This document shows, piece after piece, positions 1 through 4,825 of a stretch of DNA of 5,014 nt. Position 1 is the stretch's first letter. Every line of letters starts with the position of its first letter. Made by a program: the position numbers and the translations under genes. Under the pieces are notes generated by a model. It was not told the DNA's origin. It searched no databases and worked only from the letters and a program-made list of their open reading frames with translations. This stretch comes from a virus. The stretch is from the IMG/VR virus record IMGVR_UViG_3300045988_001786, positions 1 through 5,014 of that record, one strand, 5' to 3'.

Positions 1-141
1 AGTAGTCCGATTCTTGATATAGATATCAGCAAAAAGCTGATTGCTGACGCTGGAAGTGACAGCAAGCACACGATCCACGTTTGTCTTATCCTCACGAATC
101 CAAGAATCAGAGAGCATAGGCAAAGCAGAATAATCATCAGC
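1..141. repeat. Left copy of the exact 141-nt terminal redundancy (circular-genome overlap)
   Basis: A base-by-base comparison shows it is identical to 4874..5014. Confidence 0.97.
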
Positions 142-1650
142 CAGATGCCAAACATCAAGAGAATACGCGTACTGGGAACGCATCTCACCAGTTACACGGG
201 ACGGCTTATAGCGGTAATCAGCCCACGCTTCCTGATAGCCGAAAACCTGGTCATCAATGACAGAACCGGCAGAATCCTTAACGCCAGGGCCCTGGGCAAA
301 AATCTCCTTGTTCTTCACGGCCTGCTCACCGATGTTCGCAAAAACAGGCCAGTAGTAATCAAAGCGATCCTTACGAGACCAGAAACGTTCAAGACCCTGC
401 TGATAAGTATGATCGTAGCGAGCGACCATAACGCCGATAACAAAGCCATGCTCCGTGAAAGACTTCGTGAAATCGGAATGTGTATCAGTAGTAACAGACA
501 TACCGGTAACAGTACCCTGTGCAGTCTCGCCGGAGGCCGTAGCAGACTGCTGCACAACCTGATTGATATTGATGGGGACACGGTTACCACCGAGATACTC
601 GGGACGCTGGAGGCGGGCATCGGGAGAAGTCACACCGAAATGAGACTTGAGAATTTCGATGTAGCGAGAACCACCGCGAGCGTCTTTCTCATAGAGCTTC
701 TGAATCTGGAACGCCATGCGCAGCTGATTGATAGAAGCACCGAGACCACCGGAAGCAACAGCATAAAGGTTAACAGGATCAAAACCGGGCTTGTCAGCAC
801 CACCACTAAAACCAGTAATGCCAGCATAATTAGAACCAGAAGCAACGGGCTTAAAAGCAAGGGAATCGTAAATATTAACCGGTCGATCTCCAGAAGCAAA
901 AGAAATATTAGAAACACCAGTTAAAACATATCCGCCGGGATCATGAGGCTGTCCACGGGTAACGACAGGATACTCGCCGGACGTGGCCGAGGGAATCAAA
1001 ACATCCGGACCTTTCTGCGGAGACGGAAGGCAACTCGTAAAATAGTCATGATACTTAGCAGCCTTATAGGGAAGACCGCCTTTCGCAACATCAGTAACAA
1101 ACGTACCAGTATTAACGCCGGCTACAGTAGCATCATCGACGGGAACAACGAGCGGGTCAGATAGGTTTTCATCACGAAACCACTCATTCATCACCAGGGC
1201 ATAAGCTCGGAAGGGAAGAGCACTAACGGAAAGATTAGGAACACCAGTAGGGATACCGAGATAATCGGCAATAGTTCCAACAGACCATCCGCTATCAGCA
1301 GGAGCAGTAATCTGAGGAATTTCATACTCTGTCTGAGGAATCCACGCAGATTCCGTATTTTCACCGTTGAACTGCTTCCAATGAGACCAAGTAAGCCGGT
1401 TCGGTACGAAGAAGAAATATGTGTCGAGATAGATGTTATCCATGACCGGAGTGAGCAACGTCTGCAAACGCACAACTTTTGATGTGTCCACGTTGAACGT
1501 ATCTCCCGGTAATACTTCGTCAAGGAAAAAAGGTACAATGTCACCAACGTTAAACGAAGTCTTAAGAGAATGCGAGCGATCAAACGTCGAACGCCGGATA
1601 TCGATATTCGTGGGATTAAGCGCAAAATGGGATTCAACATTGCGGTTCAT
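1..1650 (-). CDS. VP1: Major capsid protein VP1 (phiX174 F-like), first 550 codons. The 3' end runs off the left window edge and is completed at 4873->4826 across the circular junction, giving 565 aa in total.
   Basis: ATG at 1650..1648 follows GGAGGT (1657..1662) by 6 nt. I checked every triplet from 1 to 1650 in this frame and found no stop. The translation starts MNRNVESHFALNPTNIDIRRSTFDRSHSLKTSFNVGDIVPFFLDEVLPGDTFNV...YFFFVPNRLTWSHW. It also contains INQLRMAFQIQKLYEKDARGGSRY and RPEYLGGNRVPININ, blocks I recognise as conserved in gokushovirus VP1. It is absent from the ORF track only because it is edge-truncated. Confidence 0.93.
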   Translation of the reverse strand, partial: MNRNVESHFALNPTNIDIRRSTFDRSHSLKTSFNVGDIVPFFLDEVLPGDTFNVDTSKVVRLQTLLTPVMDNIYLDTYFFFVPNRLTWSHWKQFNGENTESAWIPQTEYEIPQITAPADSGWSVGTIADYLGIPTGVPNLSVSALPFRAYALVMNEWFRDENLSDPLVVPVDDATVAGVNTGTFVTDVAKGGLPYKAAKYHDYFTSCLPSPQKGPDVLIPSATSGEYPVVTRGQPHDPGGYVLTGVSNISFASGDRPVNIYDSLAFKPVASGSNYAGITGFSGGADKPGFDPVNLYAVASGGLGASINQLRMAFQIQKLYEKDARGGSRYIEILKSHFGVTSPDARLQRPEYLGGNRVPININQVVQQSATASGETAQGTVTGMSVTTDTHSDFTKSFTEHGFVIGVMVARYDHTYQQGLERFWSRKDRFDYYWPVFANIGEQAVKNKEIFAQGPGVKDSAGSVIDDQVFGYQEAWADYRYKPSRVTGEMRSQYAYSLDVWHLADDYSALPMLSDSWIREDKTNVDRVLAVTSSVSNQLFADIYIKNRTT

Positions 1651-2147
1651 TCAGTAACCTCCCTTTTCGGCTCAACAGCCGGTTTTTCCTCCTGGGACGG
1701 GTCAGACTCTCGCTCGGGCTTGATTCCGAGCTTATCGAGGAAATCAGGCTTGTCCATACCAGCCATAAACTCCGCAAAGTTATGGTTAAACTTCGCACGA
1801 ATATCAACCGGAAGAGAATTGAAAAAGCTCTGACCTTCATTAACCCTGTTCAAGAGTTCAGCATAAGACGTGGGCATATTGGAGAAATCACCATAAGCGC
1901 CCTGGACACGCGAAAGCGCGTCAACGTCGCCATTCTGAAAACGAGCAAGAATCACATGGATATCGACAGCTTCGGCGTGGGATTGAATGAAATCGTAAAG
2001 GTCTTCTTTACCAGATTCAACGAGATCCATAACGCCATTTTCATCAAATTTAGGCTGATAAAGAATCCTTTCACGCTGACCTACATTTGAAATGAAGCGA
2101 GTTCGCGGACGATACTGAGTAGAGAATACAAACTTTTCATCATACAT
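1647..2147 (-). CDS. VP3: Internal scaffolding protein VP3 (Chlamydia-phage-type scaffold), 166 aa
   Basis: ORF-track ORF 1647..2153. I prefer the in-frame ATG at 2147..2145, which has AAGGA 9 nt upstream, over the TTG at 2153. The sequence YQPKFDENG...DLYDFIQS...DIHVILARFQNGD...GAYGDF...LPVDIRAKF and the acidic C-terminal tail match gokushovirus VP3 as I recall it. It sits directly upstream of VP1. Its TGA (1649..1647) overlaps the VP1 ATG as ATGA. Confidence 0.8.
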   Translation of the reverse strand: MYDEKFVFSTQYRPRTRFISNVGQRERILYQPKFDENGVMDLVESGKEDLYDFIQSHAEAVDIHVILARFQNGDVDALSRVQGAYGDFSNMPTSYAELLNRVNEGQSFFNSLPVDIRAKFNHNFAEFMAGMDKPDFLDKLGIKPERESDPSQEEKPAVEPKREVTE

Positions 2148-2149
2148 GA

Positions 2150-2401
2150 TCAAACATCCTTTCTCTGGATGGACGTACCATCCAAAATCACCTCGGGCAT
2201 CGTATGCAAAATCTTACCAGTCTCAGTATCAAACTCACCGATCTTACATAAACAATAATCCTCAATGTGTGAAAAAAGCAAACTTTCCTTCTGCATACAG
2301 GCATGAGCAAAATTCCGCATAGCAGAGGAATCATTCTGATCTACCGTAGGCGGGAGAAAGCCCGTGCGGGCATCGCGAATAGAATAAACACCGTATTTCA
2401 T
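2150..2401 (-). CDS. VP5: VP5-like small non-structural protein (83 aa), gokushovirus counterpart of the phiX174 C-type ssDNA synthesis/packaging protein
   Basis: ATG at 2401..2399 follows GGAGGT (2408..2413) by 6 nt. An in-frame TGA lies immediately upstream, so it cannot extend. The pattern YSIRDARTGFLPP...AMRNFAHA...HIEDYCLCKIGEFDTETGKI resembles the VP5 family (Y.V.D...F..P...A.R.F....H.ED..L..IG.FD..TG). Its position between rep and scaffold is as expected. Confidence 0.75.
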   Translation of the reverse strand: MKYGVYSIRDARTGFLPPTVDQNDSSAMRNFAHACMQKESLLFSHIEDYCLCKIGEFDTETGKILHTMPEVILDGTSIQRKDV

Positions 2402-2499
2402 TCATTAACCTCCTCACCAGCACGACAAACAGAACAAACATCAGGATCATCATCCTCAACATGAGGACATACATAGGAAGAAGAATAAGGACAAATCAC
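2398..2499 (-). CDS. Hypothetical 33-aa acidic, cysteine-rich peptide: (M)ICPYSSSYVCPHVEDDDPDVCSVCRAGEEVNE
   Basis: Hand-translated; below the ORF-track size limit. GTG start at 2499..2497 follows GGAGGT (2508..2513) by 8 nt and overlaps the ORF8 stop as GTGA. Its own TGA (2400..2398) overlaps the VP5 ATG as ATGA, so it exactly fills the gap between the two genes. About 25 of 33 codons end in T (TGT, CCT, TCT, GTT, GAT, GCT, GGT, CGT), the same preference seen in VP1 and VP2. It has four Cys spaced C-x7-C-x10-C-x2-C. No family was recognised. Confidence 0.5.
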   Translation of the reverse strand: MICPYSSSYVCPHVEDDDPDVCSVCRAGEEVNE

Positions 2500-2609
2500 A
2501 GACGAATACCTCCTCTAAAAACAGTCGGGTTAATGTTGATCTTCTTGGACTTCGCAGCAGTACGGCGAAAGACCTTCTTGTCTTTCTTGGGACGCATCTT
2601 CTTACGCAT
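2496..2609 (-). CDS. ORF8: Small highly basic DNA-binding/condensing protein (37 aa; gokushovirus ORF8 type, functional analogue of phiX174 J): MRKKMRPKKDKKVFRRTAAKSKKININPTVFRGGIRL
   Basis: Hand-translated; below the ORF-track size limit. ATG at 2609..2607 overlaps the VP4 TAA as TAATG and has AAGGAG (2618..2623) 9 nt upstream. It has 14 K/R in 37 residues. The C-terminal RGGIRL motif is one I recognise from gokushovirus ORF8-type proteins. Confidence 0.8.
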   Translation of the reverse strand: MRKKMRPKKDKKVFRRTAAKSKKININPTVFRGGIRL

Positions 2610-3622
2610 TAGATAAAACTCCTTTTCAAAGATTTAATACGAGCGAGATTATTTCGCTCTTCCACAGCTAACTGATCCAGATAGCTAAGTGTGGTCTTTT
2701 GTAGTTTTGCTTTCTTCGCTTCATCTGCCATCTTCGTACGAATGGCTTTAAGCTTCGCAGACTCTTCCGGACAATCGAGATCAAACAAGCGATCATAATA
2801 CTTCGGAGGCCGAAACTTCCTTCCTCCTTTCTCAGTCGAAATGTTGATGAACTCATGTTCATATAGGTCGGGGTGATCATCATAATACTGACGAGCTATG
2901 CCGGGCTTACGAGACATTCGGGTAAACTCAGGCTCAATATTGAATTTATCATAAAACTCCGCTTCCGCTCCACAAAGCTTCTTCATGACATAGCGGGCAG
3001 TATATGCACAGGTCTCCCAGGTCACAGGTGCAACGACAACGAAACCATTGCCCCAAACCTTTTCAAGAGAGGGAGAGTTAAAATACTGGAAATTCTGCAT
3101 GGACTTCTTATAGGGTACAAGATCATAAAGCTCCAAACCGAAGATAATCGCATGATAGTGCGGACGCATCGTCTCAGAACCATACTCACCAGCAGCGAAA
3201 AAACGAATACCGTCACCAAACTTCTTTCGAAGACGCTTCATGAAAAGCGTCCAATCGCGAGGTTCCAAAGAAAGAGAAGTAAAAGCTTCACCGGTAGAGG
3301 GATCATCATATAGATGAAACGGAACATGCTCTTCATCATAGGTCAGAGTGACAAAATAGCTGGACTTATGATACTGAAGCTCAAGCATACAGCGATTAGC
3401 CCATTCACGGGACTTCTGAAGACGACAGCCGGAACATTTTCCACAGGGAATTTCAACGAACTTTGTAATATCACCAGGACGGCCATAAGCGGGATGTGTG
3501 CAACACGCGAAGCCATCACCAGAACGTTCGAGGTGGTCTACCTCGTAGCTCGTCACCTTGAGCAACCGTTTGCCATCTTTTACGCCTAATTCAAAGGCTT
3601 TCAAGGGATGATAGCAAGGCAC
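2609..3622 (-). CDS. VP4: Replication initiation protein VP4 (phiX174 A-like HUH rolling-circle endonuclease), 337 aa, GTG start
   Basis: ORF-track ORF. It begins (M)PCYHPLKAF, and contains IPCGKCSGCRLQKSREWANRC, motif 1 FVTLTYDEEH and the HUH motif RPHYHAIIFG (HYH at 3152..3160). The catalytic Tyr motif is CAYTARYVMKK (2990..3004). The start codon is GTG (3622..3620), with AAGGTAGGTGA ending 5 nt upstream. There is no in-frame ATG before the upstream TGA at 3673..3671. Confidence 0.92.
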   Translation of the reverse strand: MPCYHPLKAFELGVKDGKRLLKVTSYEVDHLERSGDGFACCTHPAYGRPGDITKFVEIPCGKCSGCRLQKSREWANRCMLELQYHKSSYFVTLTYDEEHVPFHLYDDPSTGEAFTSLSLEPRDWTLFMKRLRKKFGDGIRFFAAGEYGSETMRPHYHAIIFGLELYDLVPYKKSMQNFQYFNSPSLEKVWGNGFVVVAPVTWETCAYTARYVMKKLCGAEAEFYDKFNIEPEFTRMSRKPGIARQYYDDHPDLYEHEFINISTEKGGRKFRPPKYYDRLFDLDCPEESAKLKAIRTKMADEAKKAKLQKTTLSYLDQLAVEERNNLARIKSLKRSFI

Positions 3623-3639
3623 GAAATCACCTACCTTGT

Positions 3640-3660
3640 ATGGGGATATCGTATCCCCAT
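3640..3660 (-). promoter_or_regulatory. Perfect hairpin (9-bp stem atggggata/tatccccat, 3-nt loop) between the small ORF stop and the VP4 ribosome-binding site
   Basis: Read directly: 3640..3648 is the reverse complement of 3652..3660. On the coding strand it ends 2 nt before the AAGGTAGGTGA Shine-Dalgarno of VP4. No U-tract follows it. Confidence 0.5.
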
Positions 3661-3674
3661 TCGCGAAATTTCAG

Positions 3675-3770
3675 TTAAGAACCTAAAACCATATTTATTA
3701 TGACAGTTATAGCAAGAAATATAAAGAGCAATTTCATAGATAGTTTATAAATTTCTGTAAAGATATTCAT
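3675..3770 (-). CDS. Hypothetical 31-aa single-pass membrane peptide: MNIFTEIYKLSMKLLFIFLAITVIINMVLGS
   Basis: Hand-translated; below the ORF-track size limit. ATG at 3770..3768 follows a consensus AAGGAG (3780..3785) by 9 nt, and the ORF ends at TAA 3677..3675. A polar/amphipathic N-terminus is followed by a 17-residue hydrophobic run, LLFIFLAITVIINMVLG. Caveat: the region is very AT-rich, which alone favours F/I/L/K/N codons. Codon use (4 ATA) also fits the other genes less well. Confidence 0.4.
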   Translation of the reverse strand: MNIFTEIYKLSMKLLFIFLAITVIINMVLGS

Positions 3771-3791
3771 AATTTTCATCTCCTTTATAAC

Positions 3792-3820
3792 ATCATAACA
3801 TAATCTAAAGTGCCACGCAA
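3792..3820 (-). promoter_or_regulatory. Candidate sigma70-type promoter with extended -10, reading toward the small ORF and VP4
   Basis: On the coding strand: TTGCGT (3820..3815), a 17-nt spacer, then TGT-TATGAT (-10 at 3797..3792 with a TG at the extended -10 position). The predicted start is near 3785, at the AAGGAG. The surrounding AT-rich DNA gives several weaker alternatives, for example TTTACA-17-TATGAA inside the small ORF. The call is therefore tentative. Confidence 0.3.
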
Positions 3821-3837
3821 GCTAAACTTGGTGTCAC
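3810..3837. other. Imperfect hairpin (3+3+4 bp with one mismatch and one bulge, 5-nt loop)
   Basis: gtgccacgcaag (3810..3821) pairs with cttggtgtcac (3827..3837). I paired it by hand and did not compute stability. Confidence 0.35.
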
Positions 3838-3838
3838 T

Positions 3839-3872
3839 TACGCCCATACATATCAAGAAATGTATGGGCGTA
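3839..3872. repeat. Perfect inverted repeat forming a hairpin with a 13-bp stem and 8-nt loop
   Basis: tacgcccatacat (3839..3851) is the exact reverse complement of atgtatgggcgta (3860..3872). Confidence 0.75.
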
Positions 3873-3874
3873 GT

Positions 3875-3894
3875 CGCTCGCTGGCGCTCGCTGG
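3875..3894. repeat. Perfect tandem direct repeat of a GC-rich decamer (cgctcgctgg x2), with a degenerate third copy near 3916..3928 (cgctcacgcttgg)
   Basis: Read directly: 3875..3884 is identical to 3885..3894. It lies in non-coding DNA immediately after the 13-bp hairpin. Confidence 0.8.
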
Positions 3895-3932
3895 TGCATA
3901 TCTATTCGCTAACCGCGCTCACGCTTGGTTAC

Positions 3933-3974
3933 AAAACAGAAACTCCGAAGCAGAGCTTCGGAGTTTTCTGTTTT
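3933..3974 (-). terminator. Strong stem-loop (19 bp, one bulged T at 3967, 3-nt loop), 3 nt after the VP2 stop; intrinsic-terminator-like and symmetric A-tract/T-tract
   Basis: 3933..3951 (aaaacagaaactccgaagc) pairs with 3955..3974 (gcttcggagttttctgtttt). On the coding strand the 3' arm ends in UUUU, followed by G. It is the last element downstream of the gene chain. Confidence 0.65.
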
Positions 3975-3977
3975 CTA

Positions 3978-4814
3978 TCAACGATACATATCAAAAAGAT
4001 ATTGAGGATCATAATCCCAGCCAAAAAGATCGGAGAAGATATTAGAAGCAGCTTTACCAATCTCACGAACATAGCCAACAGCAGAAGAAGGGTTACGTAC
4101 CGAATTATCAGAAGAATACTTAGTACCTTGATAATGCTTATCAGAAGAATACTTAGTACCTTGATAATGCTTATCAGAAGAATACTTAGTGCCTTCATAA
4201 TTCTTATCAGCAGAATAGCGAGAAGCAGCAGCAGAGGTATCAGCAGCATATCTTGTAGCACCGGCATGAATACCAGCAGAACCAAGAGTAGCATCACGAG
4301 AAATATTAGCTACAATCTCCTCCATAGCAGTATACTTATCAGCAACGGCTTCTTGAGTACGAGCATTAACGTTAGCAGTCTGAAGCTGGGTCTGCGCGGA
4401 AAGAATAGAACCAAGAACCTGAACCAAAGCAGCATTAGCAGAGGTATCAACCTCGCCTTTAGCTCCGGCAGAGGTAACGCCGGAAGCGGTAGCACCGGAG
4501 GTAACGGCAGCGCCGTTACCTCCCATAGCACTAAGCACCGGATTAAGACCGGCTGCTTTAAGGTCTTTAATCTCACGCTGATGCGCAGTATTACTCATGT
4601 ATTCCTGCCAAGAACGGCTTTTAGCGGCTTCCTGAGCGTTGAATTGCATAGCCAAGGCATTTTGCCTCTCCTGCCAGTCGCGTTGCTCAGAAGCCATCTG
4701 AGCGCTTTTAGCGGTGTTTTCTGATGCAGTCCTCGTAATACGAGAAAGAGCAGAATCCAAATTTCCGACAGCCGGAACGCTCTGAACCTGAGAAGCATCC
4801 TTACCAGTAGTCAT
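3978..4814 (-). CDS. VP2: Minor capsid / DNA pilot protein VP2 (278 aa)
   Basis: ORF-track ORF 3978..4829 begins at a TTG. I prefer the in-frame ATG at 4814..4812, with GAGAGGTGA 4-6 nt upstream (MTTGKDAS...). It contains NAQEAAKSRSWQEYMSNTAHQREIKDLKAAGLNPVLSA, the conserved core I recognise from gokushovirus VP2. An Ala/Gly/Ser/Thr-rich middle follows. It sits immediately after VP1, whose TGA is at 4828..4826. Confidence 0.88.
   Translation of the reverse strand: MTTGKDASQVQSVPAVGNLDSALSRITRTASENTAKSAQMASEQRDWQERQNALAMQFNAQEAAKSRSWQEYMSNTAHQREIKDLKAAGLNPVLSAMGGNGAAVTSGATASGVTSAGAKGEVDTSANAALVQVLGSILSAQTQLQTANVNARTQEAVADKYTAMEEIVANISRDATLGSAGIHAGATRYAADTSAAASRYSADKNYEGTKYSSDKHYQGTKYSSDKHYQGTKYSSDNSVRNPSSAVGYVREIGKAASNIFSDLFGWDYDPQYLFDMYR
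4108..4206. repeat. 33-nt tandem repeat x3 inside VP2 (copies 4108..4140 and 4141..4173 identical; 4174..4206 diverged at 4 positions; degenerate flanking copies)
   Basis: The unit is tcagaagaatacttagtaccttgataatgctta, read directly. It is in frame (33 = 11 codons) and encodes RYSADKNYEGT / KYSSDKHYQGT / KYSSDKHYQGT / KYSSDNS. Confidence 0.9.
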
Positions 4815-4825
4815 TAGATCACCTC

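Noticed and set aside
1-141. Terminal direct repeats considered as a mobile-element LTR or a true phage terminal repeat
   Set aside because: The repeat lies inside the capsid coding sequence and restores its reading frame across the junction. This is the signature of a circular contig assembled with overlap, not of element boundaries.
145-924. 259-aa plus-strand ORF (also plus-strand ORFs 943..1164, 1433..1657, 1570..1833, 1782..2090, 2873..3313 and 3314..3589)
   Set aside because: All are antisense to well-supported minus-strand genes. They have R/I/T/L/S-rich low-information translations with no recognisable motifs. They lack Shine-Dalgarno sites, and microviruses transcribe one strand only.
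2331-2474. 47-aa hydrophobic ORF (MYVLMLRMMILMFVLFVVLVRRL...) in phase with ORF8 after its TGA; considered as a readthrough extension or overlapping lysis gene
   Set aside because: It is the +1 frame of the Cys-rich ORF, so its hydrophobicity is again a by-product of T-rich third positions. Its codons (CTG, CTC, AGG, GTG) do not match the genome's preference. There is no Shine-Dalgarno site before the ATG at 2474, and the TGA-T context gives no specific readthrough signal.
3771-3779. Upstream in-frame ATG (3779..3777) extending the small TM ORF by MKI; also the TTG starts proposed by the track for VP3 (2153) and VP2 (4829)
   Set aside because: The ATG at 3779 abuts the AAGGAG with zero spacing. 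For VP3 and VP2, in-frame ATGs with properly spaced Shine-Dalgarno sequences lie just downstream, and the VP2 TTG overlaps the VP1 stop with no ribosome-binding site of its own.
3810-3930. Structured GC-rich stretch considered as a tRNA or other known small RNA gene
   Set aside because: I could not build a cloverleaf on either strand. There is no T-loop-like GTTCGAATC or D-loop signature and no 7-bp acceptor pairing. The hairpins are better explained as origin or terminator structures. A covariance-model scan (tRNAscan-SE/Infernal) would settle this.
4108-4206. 33-nt direct repeats considered as a CRISPR array
   Set aside because: The repeats are directly tandem with no spacers. They are in frame within VP2 and encode an 11-residue protein repeat.
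3929-4297. Very hydrophobic minus-strand overlapping ORFs (122 aa at 3929..4297 in VP2; 95 aa at 630..917 and 149 aa at 1191..1640 in VP1; 63 aa at 4819..5010), considered as embedded E-like lysis genes
   Set aside because: For the ORFs I phase-checked (630..917 and 3929..4297), the ORF lies in the +1 frame of its host gene. The host gene's T-rich third codon position therefore becomes the second position, which automatically yields Leu/Ile/Val/Phe-rich strings. Those two start at GTG with no Shine-Dalgarno site. This is the frame in which phiX174 E arose, so a function is not excluded, but nothing in the sequence supports one.
3810-4724. 304-aa plus-strand ORF, the second longest in the track
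   Set aside because: It is antisense to VP2 and starts at a GTG inside a hairpin with no ribosome-binding site. Its translation is low complexity, and its internal repeats (RRILSTLIMLI x2) merely mirror the VP2 33-nt tandem repeat. A long antisense open frame is expected opposite a gene with strongly biased codon usage.
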